Below, in pieces: positions 37,289-49,400 of a stretch of DNA of 64,000 nt. The stretch covers positions 33,034,388-33,098,387 of the forward strand of contig NC_092670.1 of the NCBI RefSeq assembly GCF_964355755.1, written 5' to 3'. This DNA comes from Antedon mediterranea (taxonomy: Eukaryota; Animalia; Echinodermata). The stretch's first letter is position 1, and every line of letters begins with the position of its first letter. Position numbers and translations under genes: made by a program. Below the pieces are notes generated by a model. That model had not been told where the DNA came from. It made no database searches and saw nothing but the letters and a program-made list of their open reading frames with translations.

Positions 37289-39348
37289 TTCCGTCATTTT
37301 TTTGAAATAGGTAGCAATTCCTTTTCCTTTTCCACGATTGGTTAAGTGCAGATAATATCCATCAATATTTAAGTGGTCGTTGGAGTAGTCATCTTCACAC
37401 CATGTTTCTTGTAGACAGACAACCATAGACAGATTCAATGTATAGTCTACTTTAAGATCATGGATTTTATCAGGTAAAGACCGAATATTTAAGCTTGAAA
37501 TACCAATACTCTTCCTGATAAGTGATTCAATTTTGTTCATGGAGATATCAGAAAGCCTTTTAAGCTCTGTCATTGCTAATTTAGATGGATATAGTTTATC
37601 AGATGGAATTTTTTCAATTATATACAGTTGACTAATTGCCTGTACACGACTAAGCATGACATAAGCTTGGGCTGGCTCTCTAACACCTCTTAAATCAAGG
37701 ATAAGAGAGTTAGGCTTGGCCACGGTTGCTCCTTGCATCTTATGAGCAGTGCAGGCAAAGGAAAGTTTGAGAGGAAACTGTACAGCAGCTAACATCTGAT
37801 TACCACTTTGTTTTTTTGATAAACAAAATTTAAACTCGATTTTCTCAATAGGGGTAACATGAATACCAGGATACTGTTGTTGCAAACTACCATATTTGAA
37901 GCGTCTTTCTTTTCCAACTTTTTCATCGTTGAAATGAACTAGAATTGTTTTGACTCTGCCTTTCTGGTCAAAAATAAAACTAACAACTTCCCCCATTGCT
38001 CCATTTGTTAAACAATCAATTACATCGACATTGTATGTCAACATAACCTTTGCCCCTTTTTTTAGTTGTAGATGCTTTTGAAGGGGAGTGTTGAAAATAG
38101 AACCATCATTGGATGTTTTGAACTGCAGATTTGTGCAGGAATCTCTATTAACTGCTCTTGCACTTCTTCCAATTTGGTGTTGTTTATAGTATTTACATCT
38201 TTGTTTGTACATGTTACAAAAAGGGCATCTTTTGGAATGTCAGGGTGGTTTAAAGGTCTTACCCTTTCTTGCAGTAAGGTGATATCATTTTCATTCTGAC
38301 TTCCAGTCCTTACTCTGTTTAACAGATCAGCATAGACATGATCTTCACCTTGCCTGTGATTAGTTAACAGATGAATTACTCTGAAGGTATTCCATAGTGA
38401 TTCTATGTAGAAAGAGGCGTGGTAGTCGGATGATATAGGCAAATCAAACACATATTTTCCCATTACAGGCTTCAACTGCAGAATATCACCAAACAATAGG
38501 ACTGCACATCCTCCAAAAGCCTCTTTTGAAGCTTCCATCAATTCGCGTAGACGAAGGTCAATTTGGTAGAGCATGTCGGCCTTCAACATACTGAATTCAT
38601 CAATGATGATCATTTTCAGAAGTTTCAGCTGATCTCTCTTTTTGTCTCGTAATTTGTCTGGTAAAGATAAAAACTGATTGTTGAATGGGAAATTGAAGGC
38701 ACTATGCAGTGTCATTCCATCAATGTTTGCTGCCGCTGTTCCAGTAAATGAGAGTGGAAGAACATAAGGATTGTCAGTATTATCTCCAGATTATCTTAAG
38801 AGTTTCTCCATTAACTGCACTACCACATGAATGACGGAGCTTTTTCCAGCACCAGCTCCACCTTGGATTATAAATAAGATTGTTGCTGGTTCTTTTCTGG
38901 AGATAATTGTTTCTTTGATGTATTGCATTACTTTATTAACCACTAGTCTTTGTGCATCATCCATTTGTCGAATGAGTGGAAAGAGAGTGTTATCTGAGCT
39001 TGGTGTAACTCTCTTGAATAATCCAGTTGATGGAGTGGGGTCCTCAGTTTCAAAAAGGCCTTCAAAATCCTTTGCTGCATACTCAGGATTATCTTCAAGC
39101 CCAATTTCCTCACATTCAGCTTTATCTTGCTCATTTTGGGGATCAAGGACATCCCCAATGTCCTTCCTCATTTCTTGCGCTGATTCCATACCTTTTTCAA
39201 CATTTTCTAAGTACGGCATTAACATTTTTTTCACCTTGTAAAATTCTGATTGACTAAACGTTTTTTGACAGGCATTTAGGTCCTCTTTTTCTTGTTCAAG
39301 AGTGTAGCTTGGACCATCCATGGGATTGTTTGTATGTGGATGGAACAA
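37289..39348 (-). pseudogene. Helentron Pif1-like SF1 helicase + truncated AP endonuclease
   Basis: Helicase motifs GGAGAGKS, FTGTAA, IIDEFSM, FGDILQLKPV, NHRQ, QFPLKLSFACTAHKMQGAT and AYVMLSRV. Then SLNIRSL, VCLQETW and GKGIATY (APE N-terminus). In-frame stop at 38791 and a frameshift near 38110. Confidence 0.93.
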
Positions 39349-42300
39349 CTGAAGTTCAGAGAAAAGATGTTCATGGAGGTTTTTGCTTTCTTGAATTTGT
39401 GAAAACGAAGGACAAGCTCTCTTCTTAACTTGACAAAAGATGGCTCATCATGTTGAGTGTTTTTGATCCTGATGTATATAGGAAGATTATTGATTTTCTC
39501 ATTCTCTTTTATTCTTTCAGTGATGATGATGTTGTTTATGATTAAATTTTCATTTATGTCATACATCTTTGAGGACTCCAATTGCTTGTAGTTGAAGGAT
39601 TTTGGGACAGTCCTAACGGACTTGTATGGCTTAACAAATTGAGCATAGCATAGATCTTTAATCTCAGGTTGCAAATTACAATCTCTTCTTGGATACTTTT
39701 CATACATTGAAGCCTTTTCTTGATATTTTCCTTCACGACCTTCTACTTCAATGAGATTTTTACCATCAACTTGAGCATCATCATCAATTCTTTTCAGAAA
39801 ATGACTAGGATTAAATCCAGTAGGGGCAAAGACTGCCTCAATATTTGAGTCCTTCAGATGCATGTGTGGGAGAAGTCTGTAGTAAGCTTCACTTTCCCCC
39901 ATTTGTCTGTGTGTAAGAAACACTGAAGCAACCGTTTTCAATTTGGTCCTTAAATCCTCATTTTCGGCATCTTTTAGAGCATTAATGAGCATATCCATGG
40001 TTCCAGAGTCATCCTTGGAATAGTAGTCACTTATGTATGTAATGATAGCATAAAAGTCAAGGCACAACTGAATGTCCATGTTTCCATTCTATGTAGATAT
40101 CCATTCAGCATTGTAGCTGTTGACCATAATTTCAGCAACATCTCTTTTATAGAAAGGCATGTATCCACGATTGTTGACAGATAAAGCATTTTCATATTCC
40201 TCCAATTTGGAGCATACATCAGAAAACTTTTCAATTGAAAAGTTATCTTGTTCAAGAATGAATTCAATTCTCTTTTCTAACAGCTCATCAATTTTAATTT
40301 TGTTGTTTGCCATTGCATCATGTACAGCTTTGATTTGAATAACATCTGCCATGCCATTTTCCTTGATTTTTCCTTGAAAATGATGATGTAAATTAGCTGG
40401 AACAGAACAGTGTTTGTTGTTATATTCTGCATTTTGAATAATCTGGCTTATTCTCCATTTGTCTTTGTCAAGATTAACAAGTGTTTGTAGTTCTTTCTGT
40501 TTGTGTGAACACACTTTTTTCATCTTATCATCATCCTCTAGGATCTCTTTTACGGCATCTAAGACTGTTTTGTACCTTGTCATTTTTGAGTTTTTCTCTT
40601 CTTCACTGTTAAAAGCATAATTAGAGGGTGAACTTATCAAAGTTTTTCGTGTTGGAAACTTAGGAAAGTTGAATCTGCAAGTTGTTCCATACTTTCGGCA
40701 GGCTTTATTAGTATGGTGATGAACTTGCACTTCTTTCACTATTTCAGACACAGAGGAATCTCTCAGTGACACAGATATAGCATGATCCGCTATCATTGCC
40801 ATAGAATCTTTGTGTTGATCAGACAGTTCACTGTTGGATCTTATCAGTGTTTTGGCTTGTTTGAAATTTTCAACATGCTGTTTTGGAATCTGGGTTACTT
40901 TGTTCCAGTCCACCCATAAAACTCCATGTGTATGTGGAGGTCCTCTGAACTGGAATTCAATTCTGTAGTTGTAGTGGTCAATTGGCAGCAGTGCATGTTT
41001 GCTCATGACAATATGCTTAATGAACATTTTTAGCCGATGATTGAAGTTTAAAGTTGAGTTTAACAAGTTTGTTCTAATCATGCTGTGTTTGGTAGGATAC
41101 GCTTTCAGGAAGTCATCCAAGGATTGTCCATCAACGGTTATCTCTTCCTCACAATGTTTGTTTTCATAGACTAAGTTGTGACCATCTAATATGGATGTAA
41201 AGTTTTCAGGCCACCTTATATCAGCACAAGATAATGTAAAGAACATGTCAAAAGGTCCAAGATTTTCAACTTTTGCGTTCAGCTCATATCTTGCATTTTG
41301 CCAGTATTTTGGAGTGTTTTTTATTCCATCAAGAACCATGTGTGGATCATCTAATGTGTAGGTTAATTGACCACTACTAGAGAGTCTCTTGTTTCCTCTT
41401 TGAAAGGCCAAACTGATATTGTTGTTGATTTGTTTCTTTTCAAAATAGGCATTAGCTGCAAAGATATAAGCTGGATCATTTGCAAATCTGGGGTAATAAT
41501 TCATTGCCCTTTGAGTGAAGTAAACTGGATCTCTGAGCTTAACTTGTCTTTCCTCATTTTTATCATTTCTCCCATTAGGAAAATGAGTTGGAAATGATAA
41601 AGCTTCCCAGTTTTCAGGAAAATCTGTAAAAATTTTTCCCTCTCCTGGGGCTAAGACAAGAGGTTTGTAATCATCAACTTTATTTTTAGCGCTGATTTCT
41701 GGCATATTTTCCCCAAAGCAACTGCTGGAGTTATAAATGAATTGGTGTTTCCTGATGGAGTCTTTTTCAATGAATTCTTTTTCTTCTTTATTTTCCTGTT
41801 CATCTTGGCCATCTGACACTTTCTAATAGCCTCCACTAGGGTTCTGGTCACTGTCATCTTGATTGTCACACTTAGGCTCAAACAATTCTTTTTCAAATGA
41901 ATCCATATCACTGAAAGCCTCTTCTGCATGAAGATTTTCTTTACTGGCATCTTTTTCACTTACTGATGAGAAGAGAAAGTTTTCATCATCTGCCTCATGA
42001 CATTTCTTTGTGTATTCTTCAAGATTTGCATTTACATCCTGATAGAAACGATTTCCCATGTTTTTCATTCTTTCAATGAATTTAATGATTTTTTCACAGT
42101 TAACATATTCCTGCTTATGAGTGTTTTTCATGCTCTTTTTTCTTTTCAGCTGCACTGGTATAACATGAGCCTCTTTTGGAGTTTGAGGGAGGTGTTCAAT
42201 TGTGTGGCTTATTTCCTCTTCTGGTATAGGCACACTGACAGTTTTGTCAATCATTGCATTCCACCTACTTTTTGGCAAAAGTTTTATCTTTTGAAAGATT

Positions 42301-42731
42301 AGGTTCCGAGCAAGCAGCTGGTTTTCCAAATCTTTTAATTTCAACTCGGGATGATTGCTGATGTCTACTAATTGTAAATTGTTTTGATTGGACATCGGAG
42401 CCATTTTGCCTTTTATCATATATGTATGGCAAGTGAAACAAATAAAGTCAGAACTTTGATAATCAGGAGAGTTAAGTTTGTGAGGACGGGGCATTTTCTT
42501 TCTTATTATTGGTCCAAGGCATTTCTCTTTATATCCGGGATGATGTTCTTCTAGCTCAGATTCCCAATCACTTCTTAAGGCATGAACACCATTCTTGTAT
42601 AACTTGCGGTGACATGAAATGCATATGTATGTCCTACCATCTCGAATTGATTCAAGAAATGCTTGTTTCCGTTTGAATGCTGAATCAGCACTTTTCAGTC
42701 TACCTTTTTGTTTTTCATCTCCACGTTTCAA
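39276..42731 (-). pseudogene. Helentron Rep (HUH replication initiator) region
   Basis: Motif I FFTLSCAD, motif II YRIEFQFRGPPHTHGVLW, QVHHHT..C...CRFNFP, motif III YISDYYSK. Upstream Cys domain CISCHRKLY...ICFTCH. Stop at 40089 and a frameshift near 41823. Confidence 0.93.
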
Positions 42732-42754
42732 CTTGAATGACTGTTCATCCTTTT

Positions 42755-43415
42755 GTATCTTTCTGTCTCTCTTTCATTTTGCTTTTCTTCTGCCCTTTTT
42801 TGCTTAAAAGCTGTTTCATTTTTTTGTCTTTTACAATCTCTTTCACTTTGCTTTTCTTCTGCCCTTTTTTGCTTAAAAGCTGTTTTATTTTTTTGTCTCT
42901 CAGATTCTCTTTGCTTATGTTTTTCTTCTGCTAGTTTTTGTTTAAACAGAGTTTCATTCTTCTGTCTCTCAGATTCTCTTTGCTTGTGTTTTTCTTCTGC
43001 TAGTTTCTGTTTAAACAGAGTTTCATTCTTCTGACTCTTTGAAACTCTTTCACTTTGCTTTTCTTCTGCCCTTTTTTGCTTAAAAGCTGTTTTATTTTTC
43101 TGTCTCTCAGATTCTCTTTGCTTATGTTTTTCTTCTGCTAGTTTCTGTTTAAACAGAGTTTCATTCTTCTGTCTCTCAAATTCTCTTTGCGTATGTTTTT
43201 CTTCTGCTAGTTTCTGTTTAAACAAAGTTTCATTCCTCTGACTCTTTGAAACTCTTTCACTTTGCTTTTCTTCTGCCCTTTTTTGCTTAAAAGCTGTTTT
43301 ATTTTTCTGTCTCTCAGATTCTCTTTGCTTATGTTTTTCTTCTGCTAGTTTCTGTTTAAACAACGTTTCATTCTTCTGTCTCTCAGATTCTCTTTGCTTA
43401 TGTTTTCCTTCTGCT
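42755..43415 (-). repeat. Coding tandem repeat, 69-bp unit (23 aa, K/E/Q/R-rich); resumes at 44394-44417 and 52072-52170
   Basis: FKQKLAEEKHKQRESERQKNETL and FKQKRAEEKQSERVSKSQKNETL units in ORF 42728-43363. Confidence 0.92.
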
Positions 43416-44393
43416 TACAAATGATTGTAAGTCAAATAATACAAAAACTGAGATTATTAAATATGCAGACGACACTGCTCTGATTGGTTATCTGGATTCA
43501 AAAGATGATTCAATGACAGGCTTCTTAGACAGTATTAATATTTTTCACAAATGGTGTAAAGATAATTTTTTAGATCTAAATATAAATAAAACTAAAGAGA
43601 TGGTTTTTGATTTTCGGAAGAAGATAAACTACCTTCCCAAGATCAAAATCAATGGTGAGACCATTCCGGAAGTTAAAACTTACAAATATTTAGGGGTTGA
43701 AATTGATAATAAACTTAAATTTGATGCAAATAGTAGGTGCATATACAATAAATTACAAAAACGTCTCTTCTTTCTACGCAAATTAAACTCTTTTAAGATT
43801 GACCGTACTATTTTACAACTTTTTTATACTTCTATCTTAAATAGCGTACTTAGTTTTTGCCTAATATGTTATTATGGTAATTCACGTTTTAAAGATAGAC
43901 TTTTACTTAATAAAATAGTTAAACAAGGCAGCAGAATAGTAGGCTCTGAACAAATTCAACCTGAAGTTTTATATAAGGAATTAGTAATTAAAAAATTGAA
44001 AATTATTTTAAAAGACCACGCTCATCCTCTGCACTATAAATTTAACAAAAGTCAACGTTGTGACAGACTCCTTCAAAGAAAAATTAAAACAAATAGATAT
44101 GGCAATTCATTCGTACCTGCCGCTATACGATTATATGATGAATGATAATATCATTCATTATATAATCGTATAATCGTATTTTATGCGCTAGTTTTATTTT
44201 TTGTAGTATTTTAAATCGACTTTTTAGGATTTTATATGTATATTTTGTATGGCTTTTTTTTTTTTTTTTTATCGTATTTTATATTTTATGTACTGTATCC
44301 ATTTTATATTTGTATGTACTGTACTTTTGAAAAGGCCAACAGAGTTTCCCCATGGGGATAATAAAGTTTTAATTGAATTGAATTGAATTGAAT
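43416..44393 (+). mobile_element. 5'-truncated non-LTR retrotransposon (Rex1/Babar-like C-terminus)
   Basis: IIKYADDT...LNINKTKEMVFDFRK...YKYLG...RLFFLRKL...HPLH...RYGNSFVPAAIRL, then AATAAA and an (AATTG)5 tail. TGCT flanks both sides (43412-43415 and 44394-44397). Confidence 0.88.
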
Positions 44394-44431
44394 TGCTAGT
44401 TTCTGTTTAAACAAAGTCTATATCGTGCCTA

Positions 44432-44601
44432 GCTTACCTGGATAAACCAACATAAGCCTCTCTCTCCGTCGAGAGGTAAACATTACGAAAAGAAGAACAT
44501 TAATAACATTAATTTTTCCCCACCCCCGTCGGATAATGGATCAGTCCGCCACCAGTACGCCCTCAAGTGAGACACACCCACTTATCATCGTCATCATTTC
44601 T
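44432..44601 (+). repeat. DIRS left inverted terminal repeat (170 bp)
   Basis: Reverse complement of 51864-52033; no mismatch seen by eye. Confidence 0.93.
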
Positions 44602-44907
44602 TTTCGTAACGTCGTTGTGTACGTACGTCTTTTTCTGAACACATTCCTGGAATTCCTGAGGAATTTGCGATAAAGACTTTTATACTGTAGACTGGAAGAG
44701 AAGAATAGAGCAAGAAAACGAAGCTAAGTGTAGTAGATCGTTATCTTGTGGTTGGATACGTTTAGAATCGTTACCCTTGGCTAGTTGCCAGGAGTTAAAA
44801 TTTAGCGTTGTAAGCCGTTATCCAGTGTGTTTCACCTGGATAGAAATACTGGAAGATATTTTGTTGTTCGTTAGGCTAGTGGGTAGAAGTAGGTCTGTTA
44901 GATCACC

Positions 44908-46437
44908 ATGCCTAAGCAGGAGTGTGTTAAATGTAGGGGTCCCCACTCTACCGTGAAGTGGGACCGCCACTTGGAGTGCATACATTGCCGCACGTGTACC
45001 GAGTTGTCGCCGTGCGATGTTTGTGTCCGCTGGACACCGTCCAAGTTCAAATCGCTCCCTAAGCCTAAGGAGCGCACGGAAGCTGTACCACCTCCGGAGG
45101 TGGGTACCGCCGATACGGCAGGCCCTCCTGCCGTCGCGCCGGAAGTTAGCCTTCCAGATATGCCTGCACCGGCTGCGGCCTCTGCGGTTCCGGGGGTGAA
45201 TGAGATTTCTCCGGGGTTACTGCAAGCCATTGTTGCAGCTGTGAGAGCTCTGCCGAGGGATGAGCCTGAGGTACCCTCTCAGATTAGACTTCCTCCCCAT
45301 ATTCCATACATTGATGTTGGCCCACAGCAGACCTCGTTTTTCGATGGTTCGTCCGTCCGGCAAAGGGATTACGATAGTGACAGGACGATGGCCTCGCTCT
45401 CTGACGATGATAGAGATAGCTTACGAGAGCAGGCCGGGCCAGGGGAGGAAGGTCTGCAGGCGCTAGTTATGCGGACGGTCCCCGCGGTGCTGTCCTTTCT
45501 CGGCGTCGATTTCACGTATCGAGAGCCTAAGCATACTCCTTCGTCTAAGCGGTTTTCCACTTTTGGCGTACGCACGCCCTTTAAGAAGGTATCTTCGTGC
45601 CCGGTTACGCCTCTCGATCCAGAACTTGTGGAACGTGTGGAGCTGATCGCTAAGGAGTCCAAGATTCGTAGGCCTATGCCTTATAGCCTGTCATCGGCTT
45701 TTCCGGTGCCGCAGAAACAATTCGAACTGTACATCGCGGCGCCGAGCGTCCCGGAGGCAGCGAAGGAACGGGTCCGTGAGGACCAGAACCTGGACCCGTC
45801 CAGGACTAATTTTTTGAAGCCTTCGGAATCCCGGACAGAGGATGTCCTTACGTCCGTCGACAGGGCCGCACGCGAGACGCTTAGAGCCGCCTCTATGGCC
45901 GGGTACTTGCTATCCTTTCTGGCTGATCCAGAACATCCGCCTCAGGGCGATTCGGACGTGATAGCTCTACTACAGCAGATCATGGGCCTGGTTGTTGATC
46001 AACAGGCAACGATCTCATTATCTGCGGCCGCGGCCCGTCGCGTTAACGTCTTGGGTGCAACTGACATCGCACCGACCGATTTCCGTAGGTTTACTACGTC
46101 TGACTCCTTCGGGGCGCAGGACTTGTTCTTTGGCTCCTTCTCACAGAAGGAGGATAAATGGGCTCGTGAGAGGGAAGCTCGTCGGGAGACAAGAGCGCGC
46201 TTCCCGCAAAAACGCCGAGCTAGCAATTCACGCTCAAGGACAGCCGCACGACCGCCGCCTGTCCCTGCTGCTCCTCAGCAGATGCAGCCTCCCCCGCCGC
46301 CACCGGCTCAGCCTATGCAAAGTCAGGCTTCTACATCAAGACAGGCTTCACACCCCCCTCGCGGAATGCGAAATAGGGGTGGCAAAGGCGCCACCAACAG
46401 AAGTGGTCGCCGGTATTATAATGTGAAGCGCCGGTGA
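44908..46437 (+). CDS. DIRS ORF1 (gag-like, N-terminal Cys/His cluster)
   Basis: 509-aa ORF with CVKC...DRHLECIHC...CDVC..W, first ORF after the left ITR, and a basic Pro/Arg-rich C-terminus. Confidence 0.85.
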   Translation: MPKQECVKCRGPHSTVKWDRHLECIHCRTCTELSPCDVCVRWTPSKFKSLPKPKERTEAVPPPEVGTADTAGPPAVAPEVSLPDMPAPAAASAVPGVNEISPGLLQAIVAAVRALPRDEPEVPSQIRLPPHIPYIDVGPQQTSFFDGSSVRQRDYDSDRTMASLSDDDRDSLREQAGPGEEGLQALVMRTVPAVLSFLGVDFTYREPKHTPSSKRFSTFGVRTPFKKVSSCPVTPLDPELVERVELIAKESKIRRPMPYSLSSAFPVPQKQFELYIAAPSVPEAAKERVREDQNLDPSRTNFLKPSESRTEDVLTSVDRAARETLRAASMAGYLLSFLADPEHPPQGDSDVIALLQQIMGLVVDQQATISLSAAAARRVNVLGATDIAPTDFRRFTTSDSFGAQDLFFGSFSQKEDKWAREREARRETRARFPQKRRASNSRSRTAARPPPVPAAPQQMQPPPPPPAQPMQSQASTSRQASHPPRGMRNRGGKGATNRSGRRYYNVKRR

Positions 46438-46477
46438 CGGCCCGGGGACGCCCGTCCCTCCAAGCGAGGGCGGGCAG

Positions 46478-49400
46478 GTGGGGGGTCGCTTGAAACGGTT
46501 TTCACGGGTTTTGGAGACCCTGACCACAGACAGATGGGTTCTCTCCACCGTGACACACGGGTATCGTATCGAATTCTCGAGCCCTCCGGTGAGCGGAGGT
46601 GCCCGGCAAACGAGGATTCCGTCAGAGCCGGAAAAGAGTCAAGCGCTCATGACGGGCCTCGAAGCACTGCTCCAGAAAGGAGCTGTGGTGCATGTTCAAA
46701 AAGAACAACTTACGATCCCGGGACACGAATCCACCGTTTTCCTCGCCCAGAAAAAATCGGGCGATTGGCGACCCATCCTAAACCTCAAAAGTCTGAACAA
46801 GCGGTACATCCGGCACACTCAATTCACCAGGGACAAAAAGTAGTGAGCCCTCTATCGGCAGCGAATCGTTTTTGCACACGAGACAGCGTTGACAATTACC
46901 CGGAAGCAACTTTGTTTTGAAAAGTAAATCTTAGGTTTTTGCAAACTGGCCAATTGGAACTTTTGGTTTTATTTACTAATGAATAATTCATGAAAACCTT
47001 TGACAAGGCATCTACGAACCACGTGATATTGTTTTTTAATCGACGAACCCATTATATTTTTATGAAACAAGGGTGAATTACACCGATGTTTTTTAAACAA
47101 TTTTAGGCTATTCGAATGTTAAAATTTCGTCTAATTTGTTGAGGCTGTAATAAAACAACGCAATTTTTTGAGAAGGTGGGTTTTATAGTTTCTGAATATT
47201 TGATTTTTCAATAGTAGTTAATAAAAAAATCTCGTTGGGGTTATTTTTTATTTTTTTTTAATGGCTGCTTAAACATGTGCCTTCTTGGGTATTTCACTAT
47301 CGAAAATGGAACATATGGTATGTAGCTAAAATCATTTTTTACGCCATAAGATAAAAAATGTGGTTTTGTAAATTAATAAGGGCAACATATAATATATAGG
47401 AAAGCTGTTTTAAATCATAAAACTCTACAAAGCCTCTTTGTTTTATTTATAAATCAATATAGTCTAGGCCTAGTAGTACAGTAGGAGAGCCAGGCTTTAG
47501 CCTATAATAGTGGGGTAGCGCGTGCATTATTGGCGCGTGTTCATTGTCAGGCGCGCGTTGTTTATAGGCCTAAGAAAATAAGAATAAATATACAAATATA
47601 ATTAAATGATTATTATTAATTGAATGTTGTTGTTTTTTTTACAGACCACAGAAGATTGTTCTACATACTTCAATACAAATAGCATTAAATCAACAACAAT
47701 TTCTTATGAGTCATATTAATTTACTTCTGGCATATAATGTGAAAAAGCACTATTAATACTGTAATTATGGATGTATTGCCAAAAAGACATTTATTTTGTA
47801 AAAACTTTAACTTATCCTAATTTACTTATTTAAAGGTTCAAGTGGCAGTTTGTTGTTGTGCAGTAGTTTAATAAAGTTTAAATGTACATTTCAAATTGGC
47901 AAATAAATAATGGTAATAGGCCTACTACAGTAATAGTAAATCTTTTGAAGATTAGGCTTAGTACAAATGTTAGCTAAGTTGACGTAGAAAACTTGTCTGA
48001 TTTTTAAGGTGAAATTTGTGATAATATTAAAAGTTAAAATGTTAATTGGTGTGTATTTGTATTTCATTTATTGCTCCATTATTATAATATAAAGCAGGGA
48101 ACTGCGAAATTTCATTTTAGCTCCGATAAAAAGTAAACATTTTCAGCATATACTTAAATCAATCATATGTTAGTGACAGGTGACATTAACAGATTTATTA
48201 TGAGATTACTAGTAAGCCTACTAGTAGATTTAGCTCTATTCATAAAAATATGACATTATATACTGTACATTAATTAATTAGCCTAGGCCTAACTAATTGA
48301 CTGATTTTTCAGTAATTTACCAAGTCAGCCGTTCAGGCATGCAGACAGTCCCCACTTCACACTAATCTTCATAATTTTAAGAAAAATGAAAGTTGAGCAC
48401 TTTATTTTAAAATTTATAAGCCCATATTATAAGATTCTGCATCATCCACTTAACAAGAACTAAAATTGAGAGCACAGTGATGGAGCGCATCTTCCGTCGT
48501 TCTCGTCGCCTAAGGAAACGAGTATTCCAGCCCTGCCGCGTCTTCCTAGGCCTACGCGCACCGCACTTTCGCTCAAAATACACTATCTTCAACTCCTTAT
48601 AGAATTTGTTTGAAAAATAACCCCAAGCTTATATTTGGAAATCTTTGAAAATGCATATAAGACTATATTATAGCGTTTTCAGAATTTCATTTAAAAATTG
48701 CAAATTAATGTTAGCTATTTTAACAAATTAGTTAGTTTTCACTTTTTTGTTTTCGCCGTATGACTCGCTTTGTTTACGTTTACACTTGGCTTAGACGTTT
48801 ATCTTAGAATTCGAATAAATTAATCCATAATCAACTAAAATTGCTATTGTTGTGGTTTTTGTTTAATATAAATGTTCTTTATAAACAGAAATAAATCAAA
48901 CAACAATATAATTTAATATAAACCCGTTAAAAGGGAAATTTAGACAGCCTATAAAACACGGAAGTCAGAACTCGCGTCGCTCGAAATGCTCGGTAACTTT
49001 CTATTTATAGCCAATCGAAAAAGGCTCCGGCTAACTTAAACAATGAAAACGGCTCTTGGAACACTTAATGTCCCATTTTCGCTGTTTGACGTGGATGTGC
49101 CGGCCCCGCAGGTTCAGGATGGAGACTGTCTCATCTATCCTGTTGGGGCTAAGACGAGGGGACTGGGCAGCCACAATAGACTTGAAAGACGCGTACTTTC
49201 ACGTGCCTATTGCGCAAGAACACCAGAGTTGGCTGCGCTTCCGCATTCACGATCAGGTATACCAATTCGTAGCTCTGCCGTTCGGCCTCTCAACGGCCCC
49301 ACGAGTGTTTACTCGTCTAGTGAGAACCCTGGCGGCGTTCTTTCATCAACACGGCATCAGAGTTTTCATGTACTTAGACGATTGGTTGATCGTGGCCCAG

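Noticed and set aside
42755-43415. CRISPR-like periodic array
   Set aside because: There are no unique spacers; it is an in-frame coding tandem repeat in eukaryotic DNA.
48407-48592. Arg-rich ORF inside the CAC element as a transposase or RAG remnant
   Set aside because: Short and without DDE, zinc-finger or kelch motifs; the element appears non-coding.
49043-49103. Start codons of the 874-aa and 564-aa ORFs in the track
   Set aside because: They lie inside the inserted CAC element; the real N-termini are left of 46814.
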